A DNA stretch of 64,000 bases from the human T2T-CHM13v2.0 reference genome, Homo sapiens: NCBI RefSeq assembly GCF_009914755.1, contig NC_060926.1. One strand, written 5' to 3'. The notes below the pieces were generated by a model. That model searched no databases. It was given only the letters and a program-made list of their open reading frames with translations, and was not told where the DNA came from. This document shows, one piece after another, positions 21,251-47,560 of the stretch. Position 1 is the stretch's first letter. Every line of letters begins with the position of its first letter. The translations under genes were made by a program, and so were the position numbers.

Positions 21251-21268
21251 TTTTAAAACTCAAGAAAT

Positions 21269-21884
<616 letters not shown>

Positions 21885-23023
21885 ATCCTTTATTAACATG
21901 TAAATACACATATGTGCACTTTCATACACACACACTCCCACCCCAACACATACACTTTTAGTGAAAAAGCCACCAACTCTTTAATGGGGAAGCCCCAGAA
22001 ACTTTCCACTAAGATCGAGAACAAGATGAATTTGCCCACCATCTCCACTACTAATCAACATTATACTAGAGATATAAGCCCAATGCAATTAGACAAGAAG
22101 AATCAATAAGATGCATGAGATTTGAAAAAGTAAAACTATATCTAGCAGATGATACGAGTGTACATACAAAACCCTAGAAAATCAATAAAACTAACAATTC
22201 GATAAGGTAGCAAGCTGTAAAATTATCTTATAGAACTTGATAGCCTTCATATACACAATGATAACCAGTTAGAGTATATAATGGCATGGAAAATGCCGTT
22301 TATATGGCAAAAAAGAAGATAAAGTATTTAGGAATAAGTACTAATAGGAAATGTACAAAATCCACGAGGAAAATTTTAAAAACATAAAAGTGTACTTGAA
22401 CAAATTGAAAGACATTTATTGTTCTTTGAATGACTACACATAATAAAAATGTCAGGTCTCCCTAAGTTAACTTATAAATTTAATGTAATCCCAATAAAAA
22501 ATGCCAGCAAGCTTTTTGAAAAAATGGAACTAGATAAGTTGATGTTAAACTTCATATGGAAAAATAAACATGTAATTTAGGAATAGCCAGGAAATCACTA
22601 AAAAGGAAAAGCTATGAAGGTGACTAGCCCAATCAGACATTGAAACATACTATAAAACCTCTATAATTACAACAATGTAGTACTAGCACTTGAATAGGTA
22701 AGCAAGTCTATTATAGTTTGTCAAGTCTGTCACAGAAAAAACAGAAATAATTTTAAATACATATGGAACTTTAGTGTATGATAAGAGTAGCAACTGAAAT
22801 CACTAGGGCAAAAATGCACTTTTAAATAAATGATGCTGGGACAATTGGTTTGCCATTTGGGGGAAAAGATGAAACTGAGCTACACCTCATCACATCTATT
22901 GAAAAATAAACTCCAAATGATCAGGAATCTAAATGGAAAATACATCCCTACAAGTATTAGGAGAAAACGAGGTGAATTTCTCTTTAACTTGCATGTAGGG
23001 AAAGACATTCTAATTATGACTCA

Positions 23024-24127
<1,104 letters not shown>

Positions 24128-24600
24128 TATATCTTCAACATTTAAAAAATATAACAATACGCTCTGATGGTAACGCAGTGGATAGACAAGCCTCTCATGC
24201 ATGGCTAGGGGACATGTGAATAAGTACAACCCTGTAAAGGGTAATGTGGCAGCATTTCACAAAACTACATATGCGGGAGGGGCGCAAGGTTTCACGATGG
24301 CGGTGGCTGAGGGGTTGACCCAGAGGCCCTTACAAAGTGAAAGAGGCCGGGAATCGCCGCCTCCCCACTTCTCACAGTCCTGGGGAGCACAGCAGAAGTG
24401 TTTTTCTTTCCCCCTTTTCTTTTTTCTTTCTTTTTTTTTTTAAATGAACAAGTAAACCACACAAATTTTCAACATGGGACGGAGATCTACATCATCCACC
24501 AACAGTGGAAAATTTATGAACCCCACAGACCAAGTCCGAAAGGAATCCCAGAAGAGAGAATTAAAGAACAAAAAACAGCGCATGACGGTTCGAGCTGCAG

Positions 24601-24917
24601 TGTTTGTTGTTGTTGTTGTTTTGGTTTGGTTTTGGTATTTTTGAGGTGGAGTTTCGCTCTTGTCGCCCAGGCTGGAGCGCAGTGGCGCGATCTCGGCTCA
24701 CTGCAACCCCCATCTCCAGCAATTCTCCTGCCTCAGCCTCCCAAGTAGCTGGGATTACAGGCGCGTGCCACCACACCTGGCTAATTTTTGTATTTTTAGT
24801 AGAGATGAGGTTTCACCATGTTGGCCAGACTGGTCTCGAACTCCTGACCTCAGGTGATCTACCTGCCTCGGCCTCCCAAAGTGCTGGGATTACAGGCGTG
24901 AGCCACTGCGCCCGGCC
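24601..24917 (-). mobile_element. AluS inserted in the WBP11 pseudogene CDS
   Basis: Interrupts ...VRAA|VLKMKDPKQ; GAGCTGC(A)GT duplicated on both sides. Confidence 0.92.
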
Positions 24918-25956
24918 AGAGCTGCGTTTTTAAAAATGAAGGATCCCAAACAGATTACCCGGGACATGGAGAAACTGGATGAAATGGAGTTTAACCCACT
25001 GCAACAGCCACAATTAAATGAGAAAGTACTGAAAAACAGGCGTAAAAAACTGCGTGAAACCTTTGAACATATTCTATGACTATGAAAAAGAAAATCCAGA
25101 TATTTACAAGGACTTGAAAAACTAGAAGTAGAGTATGAACAGAAGAGGGCTCAACTTAGGCAATATTTTGATGCTGTCGAGAATGCTCAGCAAGCGGAAG
25201 TGGAGAGCATTCTTTTGCCAGATGTGCCGCGTGCTCCTTCCAACATTTTGATCCAGGACATTCCACTTCCTGGTCCCAGCCACTCTCCATCCTTAGGAAA
25301 ACCTCAGCCTATGGACCTCCAACTCGGGCAGTTTCTATCCTTCCTCTTCTTGGGCATAATGTTCCACGTTTGCCCCCTGGCAGAAAATCTCCTGGCTCTT
25401 CCCCGGCCCACCTCCTCCTCAAGTCTTGCACATGTATGGCCGTAAAGTGGGTTTTGCCCTAGATCTTCCCCTTCGTGGGCGAGATGAAGAAGACATGTTA
25501 TATAATCCTGAACTTGCCCGGCAAGGTCACGGTGATGATGTTTCTAGCGCCAGTGAAGATGATGGCCCTTCTGAGGACAAGGACCAACATAAGCATGGTA
25601 ACAATACTGATGATGGTGACACCAACAGATCAGATGGAGAAAGTGGGAGGATGAATTGTGTACCGTGATGATGGTGAGAGAGACAGCAATGAAGAAAACA
25701 ACTCAGGTCTGAGTGTATGGTTTGCAGAGATGCCTGGAAAATCAAGGAAGAAAAAGAACATGAAGGAGTTAAGTCCTCTTCAAGCCATGATGCTTCCATG
25801 GCAGGTCAAGAAGTCCCTGAGGAGGGAACAGAAGTAGAGGAATTTTCAGAGGACGATGATGAAGATGATTCTGATGACTCTGAAGCAGAAAAACAATCAC
25901 AAAAACAGCATAAAGAAGAGTCTCATTCTGATGACACATCCACTGCTTCTTCACAG

Positions 25957-26262
25957 ACAGGCGTCTGCCACCCAGCTAATTTTTGTATTTTTAGTAGAGA
26001 CAGGGTTTCACCATGTTGGCCAGGCTGGTTTCGAACTCTTGACCTCAAGTGATCCTCCTGCCTCGGCCTCCCAAAGTGCTGGGATTATAGGCATGAGCCA
26101 CTGCGCCTGTTCCTGCATTTACCTTTGAATCAGCAATCCCTCTTCTAGGAATTCACCCTGAAGATACACTTCCAACAGTAAGAAAATCCATTTGCACAAG
26201 GTTTATTATTGAAGCATTGTTTGCAATTGCAGAATAATTTATACATCTTAAATGCCACACAC
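25957..26262 (+). repeat. Local non-tandem duplication (Alu half plus L1M flank) copied from 28378-28679 into the pseudogene
   Basis: Collinear match including the same Alu/L1 junction; about 92% identity over the ~150-bp non-Alu part by hand count. Confidence 0.9.
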
Positions 26263-26878
26263 GTGTTCCTCTTTCTCAGATACAAGCACGTCCCATCCCA
26301 GGACCACCATCTCTTGGACCACCACCTGCTCCACCATTATGGCCTCTTGGGCCAGCTATGGGCCTTCCTCTTGGCCCACCTCCAGGAGCTCCTCCATTCC
26401 TGAGATCACCTGGAATGCCAGGATTCTGAGGGCCTTTACCCCGACTTTTTACCTCCAGGACCAACACCAGCCTGACCTGGCCCTCCCCCAGGTCCACCTC
26501 CAGGTCTGCCTCCTGGTCCCCGTCCTAGGGGACCCCCACCAAAAGTACCTCCCCCTGCACCTCTGGGTGTTCCTCCACCTCATCCTGGCATGATGCGCCC
26601 ACCATTGGTACCTCCACTTGGACCTGCCCCCGCTGGGCTTTTCCTACCAGCTCCCTGGCCGAACCCTGGGGTTTTCAATGCACCGCCCAACTTGATTCAG
26701 TGGCCCAAGGCAGTTGATATGATTGCAGCCACCATTGAGAAGAAAGCCACAGCAACCATCAGTGCCAAGCCACAGATCACTAATCCCAAGGCAGAGATTA
26801 CTTGATTTTTGCCCACTGCACTCACAGTACATCAGGAGAATAAAGGGGCTACTGCTGCTCTCCAAAGAAAGTCAGAGG

Positions 26879-27263
<385 letters not shown>

Positions 27264-27913
27264 CTATGAGGCTTTCATGAAAGAGATGGAAGGGCTGCTG
27301 TGACAGCTTTTGATGCCCGAACAGGCTTTTGTTCACAACAGTGGCCCATGGAGAAAGAGGCTCTTATTAAACTTAGAAGAAAGAACCGCTTCCGTTGTCA
27401 GGGTGTTTTCTAATTTCAGTTCAAGGAATATCCTAAAATATAGCCTTGTTCAGAATTTACTGCACAGAAAAGAGGGTATTTCATTCAGAATAGATCAGTT
27501 ATTGAAGCAGTGCTGCCAACGTCCATTCCCTTTCACACCACCATTTTCACCCTGTTTCTTTCCCTTCTCCAGTTCTTTGGAAATTTGTGATCAGGGAATC
27601 TTAGTTACTTATTTGTTTTGACTCTCTTCTTGTGTGCTATGGGCACTGGAGTAGAGATTTCTGAAAAACCAGTTTATCTCATCTTGCCTTTTGTGTTTCA
27701 GTTATTTTTAATACTTTCCTGTAAATATTTTGCAATATTTTACTTATAGTGAAATGGATCACAATATAGTTTCCTAATACAAAGCAGGATATGTGGGAAG
27801 AAAATGTACAATTCTTTGATTAAAATTATTTCCCACTGAACTAAACTTTGATTCATGGGAAAAATAAATAAATGTTCTACACCAAGAAAAAAAAACTACA
27901 TACGCATTTACCA

Positions 27914-28531
<618 letters not shown>

Positions 28532-29092
28532 CTGCATTTACCTTTGAATCAGCAATCCCACTTCCAGGAATTCACCCTAAAGATATACTTCCAACTATAA
28601 GAAAACCCATTTGCACAGGTTTATTATTGAAGCATTGTTTGCAATTGGAAAATAATTTAAACAACTTAAATGCCACACATCTAACAGTGCTTAAATGAAC
28701 TATGGTACATTTGCAGAATGGGCTACCATGAGGTTGTAAAGAATGAGGAAGACCTCAATGAATTGATAAAATTTCCAGAATTTATTAAAGAAAGACAAAG
28801 TGCAAAGGATTATCTACAGTATAATATCTACTGTGTAAGAAAGAAGAAAAAATAAGAAGGAAAAATAAGAAAATACATATGTGTCTGTTCATTTCAGCAA
28901 AAAAGAAACACAGGCAAGATAAACCAGAAACTGAAATTAGATACCTACAAGGAATGTCAAGAAAGGGATGAAAAACACAAAGGAAACAGGGATAAGAGAA
29001 AGGCACTTTCCTAAATATAACTTTTTGTGCAGTCTAGACTTTGGAATCATGTTAGTGTTTTACATGCTTAAAAGAGAAAAATAAATAAAATC

Positions 29093-31615
<2,523 letters not shown>

Positions 31616-31669
31616 AATTGATTTTTTTTTTAATGTATCAATATTGTATTCTGCAATTTGTATTCACCC

Positions 31670-31862
31670 TTCCTCCATCCTTTTGTTCTGTCTGGTCCCT
31701 TGATGGGTATATGAGGCCCACCCACGTTGGTGGGGGTGGATCTGAGTCTACAGCTTCAAATGCTCCTCGTTCCTGGAAACATGCCCACAGACACACCCAA
31801 AAATGCTTAACCAGTGACCTGTCATCCCTTAACTCAGCTGACACCTAAAATTAACCACCACG
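31670..31862 (-). mobile_element. MLT1-type MaLR LTR fragment
   Basis: ...cacagacacacccaaaaat...ctgacacctaaaattaaccaccaca terminus. Confidence 0.65.
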
Positions 31863-32336
31863 TTTTCCAAATATTTGAGGGTTTTCCAGACTCTTTTTCT
31901 ATTGATTTTTAACTTAATCACACTGTGGGCACAGATTACAGCTTGTATGGCTTAAATACTTACCAATGTACTTTCCAATGGACTTGTAGGGCCTGAAATT
32001 GATTCCGTCTTGGCAAGTGATCTGTGTATTTGAAAATAATGCTTATACTGCTGTTACTCAGTAGAGAATTCTGTAAACGTCAATTAGGTCAAGTTGGTTA
32101 ATAGCATTGTTCAAGTCTTCTATATCTTCATTGATTTTAGTCTACTTATTCTAGAAATCTACAGAAAAATTTCCTAGAACTGAGTTTAGCATGACTGAGG
32201 AATGATATATAAAAACTGATATATAAAAATGAATTATATTTTTATATACTACCAACAGACATTTGGAAATTTAGATAAAAACTTGTTACATGATGTCAAA
32301 TAAAAAATCTGGAACTCAAGTTCACAGAATAGACAA

Positions 32337-32900
32337 TGTTAAGAAAAATAAGAAGAAAAAATCTGGACTTAGTAAAGGGAGACTTTATTTGAAAGGATTG
32401 TTGCAAAGTGGTGGGGAGGGGTGTACTATTGCAGCAGGGAGAATGCACTGAACATAAGATCTGTTTGTCTCAGGGTTAGACAAAAGGGGTTTTCTTTTAT
32501 AGGGAGGGGAAGCAAGTAAAAGACAGGAAGTGGGATGAAGGGGAGTAGCATGGTGGGACAGTAGATCCAATCAGTGACTTACCCTGAGTCCAGTCTATTC
32601 TCTCGAGGGGTGGAGGGGAGGGTGAGCCAAAGTTTGTAAAGCAAAGTCTGGTTCACAAGCATTTTGTTCCCATTGATCACTGGGGACAAGCAGTTTAGCT
32701 AATTTATGAGGCAAAGAATGGGAATTTGGAAGGCCTGTGTCTGGCCTCGACTGGGGTCTTCAAGGGGAGCATTCATGAGTCATACCAGGAAGGATGGTTC
32801 TCTGCAGTAAGCCATTTTCCAGAACACCAAGGACAAGGGATTCCTTTAAATGTATCTATTTCCTAGGATCACAGTGCTCAGGTAAAATTCAACATTGTCA
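32337..32900 (-). mobile_element. ERV1-class solo LTR (MER90-like)
   Basis: Minus strand begins TGACAATGTTGAATTTTACCTGAGC, contains AATAAA near its 3' end and ends in CA; family name from memory. Confidence 0.6.
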
Positions 32901-33286
32901 GTAGACAAGAAAACAGGGGCCAGAAATGTGAAAATACAGGAAATGCTCAGTATTGTTTGAGGATCTCAAGTGTAAAGGCAAGACAGGAGGTAGACTGAAA
33001 AGAGTTACAGTCAAGTTTGAACATTTGAGTGCCGACCCATCAGGGTTACATGACAGGCGAGTCTGTGGGCTCAAGCCCGCACCTCAGACAGGGCTGCTCG
33101 GGCCCCCTACTCCTAGCGAGGGCCCTGTTGCTGGTTCCTGGGGTTTGCACTGATAGTGGCTAGATGCCTGGCAGCACCAGCTACTGACCAGACTATGAGA
33201 GTGTGTTTGTCACCAAAAGGTCAGCTCAGAGAGGCGGTATGTGGGGCAGGTGGCTCTTGCTTCAAAGCCCCCTGATAAGAGAGGTA

Positions 33287-33784
<498 letters not shown>

Positions 33785-34504
33785 TTATGTAGCCAGGGTT
33801 TCAACACTCCCCAAGTGTGAGCGCTGTTTCCTGTTACAGGCAGAGTGGGCTTCCTCCTCAGAATCACAAGTCTTTCTGCAAGGCGAATATGCCTTATGTG
33901 TGCCTACCTTTCAAGAAGCAATCCTACCTGGCCTGTCTATTCCTCAACACCTTTGCTTTCATACCAGGAACATAAAAGAAAAGCCCAAAGCCATTAAAAA
34001 TAAAGGAAGTAGCAATTAAAACACCCAAGGGCACTAAACTGCTATTAGAAGAGGAATCTAGCCTCTCAGCAATTTCTAAAAACGTACTTTGAGGGAGAAA
34101 CAAGAGGTCACTCTCTCAGAGAAGATGAGGCACCAGGAGCCAACCTGGAAGGCCTTCATGACGTGGGTGTCTACCTCGGACGAGGCTGTAGGAACAGCTG
34201 TGACCACCAGAACAGCAGGAAGCTGTGCGGTTGAAGCCCCAGTCTGAATCCACCAGGCTAAGCTGTGAGCAGGGACCACAGTCAACTACCCAGGCTCTTC
34301 CCTCTGGCTGGATCACCCTCCCCATTCCCCAGGCCTTTCCTGCCAACGTTTCTTCTATCTCAGGGTACATCTCTCTGGTAGCTCCCTGGGGATGGGCTCC
34401 ATCTTACTCATCTGTGCTTGCTACAAAGTAGGGCCTTGATGGAGGTTGGTCATCCAGACATAACCCATGCCCAGGACGAAGCATAAAAACACTTGTACAA
34501 TGAA

Positions 34505-34811
34505 GACTGGTTCAATGGTCCATTCTGTTTATTCAGAACGGTAACATAAATACACCTTAAATATTAACATTTTTTATATACAGAAATGACCCCACTCCCC
34601 AAAAAGTTTGAAAAAATATTGTCTCCTCCTCCTTTATAAAACCCTAGATGACCTATGAAGGCACAGCCAAGCCCTTGATGCATCTTCCTCAGCACAATTT
34701 GGCCAACGCTGGAGGGAAGGTCAAAGAGGTGGAAGGAAAATGTTATGCTGAAAATCCCTTTCCAACAAGGGTGCCAAGCGCCGGTCTTGAACGAAGTACC
34801 CTGCCTAAGCA
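34505..34811 (-). other. ERCC3: ERCC3 3' UTR (~300 nt)
   Basis: Lies between the stop codon and the presumed cleavage site about 20 nt downstream of AATAAA. Confidence 0.85.
34528..34533 (-). terminator. ERCC3 polyadenylation signal AATAAA
   Basis: tttatt on the + strand; GU/U-rich downstream element (minus-strand GTGTTTTTATG at ~34482-34492). Confidence 0.88.
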
Positions 34812-34970
<159 letters not shown>

Positions 34971-35069
34971 TTAGTCTCCAGAAGAAAAGATACTCCTTTT
35001 ATAATATTTATAATCACAGCAAATTTTATAAGACTTACATAAATTTAATACATCATTTTTAATAATGTT

Positions 35070-35700
35070 TACAGATCGCTTACTGTCTCAGGCATTGTTC
35101 TAAGCATTTTACATGCATTATCTCCTCTAATCCTCAAAACTACTATAATCCACACCTGAAAGAAGAGGAAACTGAGACACAGAGAGATTAACTAACCTAT
35201 CCAAGATCACATAGCTCTTAAGGAGATGGGATTTGAACACCCAGGTAGCCTGGCTTCAGACTGTTCTTAACCATAATGCCACACTACCTCACTTAATAAC
35301 AACTTCTGAACAAACTTTTTTTTTTTAAGAGAGAAACAGGGTCTCGATATGTTGACCATGCTGGTCTCAAACTCCTGGACTCAACTGATCCTCCCGCCTA
35401 GGCCTCCCAAAGTGCTGGGATTACAGACATGAGCCACCATGCCTGGCCTGAACAGAATTTTTTAACAGTTAGGGCAAAAGTTCCTTAAAATCTCCTGAGA
35501 CACCACCATAAGGCTTTGAATCAAGTGGAAGGACAGAAAGCCCTGGGCTTGACTCTTGGCTCCTCCTGTCCCTGAGTAACCCTGAGGCAAGTAATTAATG
35601 TCTGCACCTCAATGACCTCATCTGTAAAATGGGGATAACCACATCAGTGCTGACATTGCTATCCTGTGAGGAGAATGAACCAGGCACCTCCTTAAAACCA
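35070..35700. mobile_element. MIR fragments and a FLAM (-, ~35316-35448) in ERCC3 intron 14
   Basis: MIR core motifs (gaggaaactgagacacagagag; cctcatctgtaaaatggggataa); Alu monomer. Confidence 0.7.
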
Positions 35701-36511
35701 GTGAGAGCAATGAGAGCACTCTCCTGGGTTCCCATGGAGAGTGCCCCCTGGGTCGGGGGAGGAAAGCCTTAGGCTGGAGGGAGGGCAGCCCCTTCCCAGG
35801 GACAGCTGTTTCCTTCTTGCCTTGGTCCAGCAGTTGCTCACCTTCCGGCTCTAATGGCAACTGAATTTCAAACGCACCTGACTGAAGTGCACTTCTCCCC
35901 TTGGACAGGCCTGCTAATTCTCCATAATGATGCTCTCACTAATTAGACCATATATTTACTTGGCCTAGAGCAGGCATATTTGTAGAATAAATGAAAGGTT
36001 GAGTATTTTCACAGAACTCTACATTTTTCAAAGTTAAGTATCGAAGCTACCACAAGAGTTGATCCTCAGAGCAGTCTTAGGGGCTAGAGGGCTCAGCTTT
36101 ATCACTGAGGAGGAACCAGAGGAGAACTGTGTGGCCACAGCCAGGGATGGCAGCCCTGTGTGTGGGAACTACGTACCCCCAGCCCATCATGCTCCCTCCA
36201 GTCACCACCAAGGTGAGCTGGGGTCACCTGCTTGCCATCCTGGGCTTCAACATCAAGATTTAACAAATACTCGTGTGAGCAAAGCAGGAGACCAGTCACA
36301 GCCACTGTGAGCTCAGCTGTGTGCAACAGTACAAGGGGCACACACCAAAAGGGCAACAAGGATTGTTTCTGTTCATCTCTTCCGTGTTTTCCAACATTTC
36401 CAAAAAAATCCCATGGGCCCATCCAGGCAGGACTACATGTCTGTGTCTGTGTCTACAAACGCTGCCCTGTGAGAGCACTGACACCTGGAACCTCCTCACC
36501 CATTTACTCAC

Positions 36512-36664
36512 CTGGCTGGATCTGGAGCCAAATTCCCCAGCCACCACCTCCTCCTCGGCATCCAGGTCAGTGGCTGCCAGGACTTTCTGTAAGAGCTGCT
36601 GTTGCTCTTCTTTTGTCGAAAACGCCAAGTCTTCCTCCTCCATGCCAGCGAGTTTCGTGATCAC
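36512..36664 (-). CDS. ERCC3: ERCC3 exon 14 (153 nt)
   Basis: Acceptor ttgcAG|GTG; [51 protein letters not shown]; donor CAG|GTGAGT. Confidence 0.98.
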
Positions 36665-38419
36665 CTGCAAAGCCCAAGCCAGCAGACATGCCCCTTTCTG
36701 CTCTCTCTCCCCAGCCCTCCTCTGCCTTCTCCTGGGTCCACCTGCTTTGGTCACTTCCCTCCCCAGGCCCAGCCACCCTGGTGGCCAACAATGGAGAGCT
36801 CCTCCCTAGCATTCCAGAGACCAGCATCAGGAGCCGCCTTTAACAGGGAGCTTGACTAATGATCTCAAGACCAGAGGGATGCAGGAATTTCAGAGAAATC
36901 TGCCCCCAGCACACAGCATCTAAATGATCATGTATGGAAGATCAACAGGAAGAATCTTAGTGATTTTAAAAGGCTCCTTCGGGTAGCCTTCACATCTTGG
37001 AGCAGACAAAGGAAGGGACAAGTGACTGGAAGGCACAGGCTGTGGCCCTTTGTGAAGGTCCCTGGCATCTGCTGTGCTCCGCAACTGGGGCTTCCAGCAG
37101 GAATGAGCACGTGAAAATGAAAATGATAGGATATCAGGAAGATTATTTATAGAGCTTCTCTGAGAGAGTAAGAACAGCATGGTGGAGACTGGGTTTTCAT
37201 TTCTATGGGGATAACTTACTACAAGGGCTCCCTATCCCTGCAGAAAACTTGGGTTGATTCTGTAAAGGGAATTCTCCTTCCCTCCAATTCTCATAATGTT
37301 CATTAAATGAAAATTCCTAGAAGTAAGGATCTGAGTCCTTCTGGGCCAGGGATCCAGAGTACAGACGATGTGCACATCTGCCCAGGCCCAGCCACTCCAC
37401 GTCATGACTCTGGGAACTCCAACCACTGCTCCTCAACAGGCAGCACCGAAGACACAGCTCCAACCAACACAAACTACTACGGCATGGCATTGTGCCTTTT
37501 TGTCGAGGTCACCTTTCAAAGAATTGCTCTTTCTGACCTGGTGCTCCTCTTACCCTCACAGCTCGGCAGGAATCAGGAGGTAGGAATGCTATTACCAACA
37601 GGGATTTTCATGGATGGATAAAAAGGTCATGATGCAAATCCTCCAAAAAACTGGGCTCAAAACCCAAGCATCTTGTCCTCTAGGCCAGCATGAGAGGTCT
37701 GAAGTGTCACTGCCTCTAGCTAAAAGAGGGAAGGTCAGACAACCCTGTCCTCCTAAGGCCAATAATGGGAACTCTCACCAATGCATAAAGAGACACATTA
37801 AAAACGTATCTCAAAAGGCAGCCTGGATTGCGGTCTTTTGCAATCAAGAACCTGGGAGTCTAATGTTCTAGGGATGTCCTTTTAGTGGACCATAGGGGGA
37901 ATTTAATTCCCCTACTTCTAGAACCCTCCATCTATCCCCAAAATATAAAGCCCTCTGGACACCAAATACTGACATAAACGTAATATTTGTGTAACAGGAA
38001 AGAAAGCAAATGCCTCAGCCAGTGAAAGTTAGCCAAAGCTTTAGAATTTCCCAATTATTAAAATACCTGATTTGTAGTACAGGATAGCTCTGATGTCTGG
38101 GAGGCAAACTGAGGCAAACTAAGGCCTGGAGCTTACCAGCTGATGAAAGGAAGAGCTCTCCTAGCTACCTAGAGAGGCATCCCTGAGAAAGCAGCCCTGC
38201 GGGGCTCAGATTCACACAGTGCTGGTCATAGTGCCATGGCACCTCAGTCCTGCCAGGACGGCACACTTTCCACCAACAGCTGCCCTCAGAGATTCATGCA
38301 GAGATAAAGGGAGTTTGAGGCAAGGCCTCTAATCTCCTAATGCTTGGTGCCTGCCTGCTGACAGTGGCCCTCGCTTCTCCTGGAGGCCAGGGTATCAAGA
38401 AGGCCTTGGTCCTAGTCTA

Positions 38420-38602
<183 letters not shown>

Positions 38603-38699
38603 TTAGCCATTAGAATGCCAAGAGCTAAGGGTCCCAGGCTCAAAAGCAAGCACTGGAGTGGAAAAGCCCTGCACTCGGGGTTACCACCTGAACTTGGCA

Positions 38700-45965
<7,266 letters not shown>

Positions 45966-46039
45966 ACAGCAGGAAGAGTCATTCTCACCCTCGATCTTAG
46001 CAACCTTAGCATATGATTTTTATTCCCTTGCTTAAATTA

Positions 46040-46409
46040 ATAACTTTTACCTTTTCGCTTTAAGAAAGCACTTTACAGCTTCTCTGGCATATCTGAATTG
46101 CTAGCATCATTACACTTGTGCTTTGGGGCCATTAGTAAGATAAAGGTTACTTGAAAACAAGCACTGAGATACAGTGACAGTCCGTGACAACTGAGATGGC
46201 TACTAAGTGACTAATGGGTGGGGAGAATTTAAGCATGAATATGCCGCACAAAGCAAGAATTCACATCATGGATGCTACTCAGAATAGTGTGTAATTTAAA
46301 ACTTATGAATTGTTTATTTCTGGAATTTTCCATTTAATATTTTTAGACTACAGCTGACCATGCGTAATTGAATGTGGAAAGGAAAATTGCAGATATGGGG
46401 GGACTACTG
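46040..46409. mobile_element. Tigger2/MER28-family DNA transposon fragment
   Basis: Ends in GGGGGGACTACTG followed by TA; internal aatttaaaacttatgaattgtttatttctggaattttcc motif. Confidence 0.72.
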
Positions 46410-46603
46410 TATTAAAAAACTAGGACAGAAAATTCTGTGGCCTGAAAGACTTGATCCTTCAGGAAAATCTGAACATCTTTGCTTTGTAGTTCAAATGTCA
46501 GTAGGTTAAGCATACTGCCCTTGAATGTAATTGTTTCTCAAATCTTACAAGAGCTCAGAGATGCAAAGAAAGGAGCCAAGTGTCATGTTAAACAGTGTTT
46601 TGA

Positions 46604-47560
<957 letters not shown>

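Noticed and set aside
25957-26262. Insert interpreted as a retained WBP11 intron or an Alu 3' transduction
   Set aside because: It has no GT-AG ends, poly(A) or TSD, and it matches the local downstream flank instead.
36232-36859. Plus-strand ORFs (up to 162 aa) antisense to ERCC3 exon 14
   Set aside because: Shadow frames of a GC-rich coding exon; low complexity, with no independent promoter or homology evidence.
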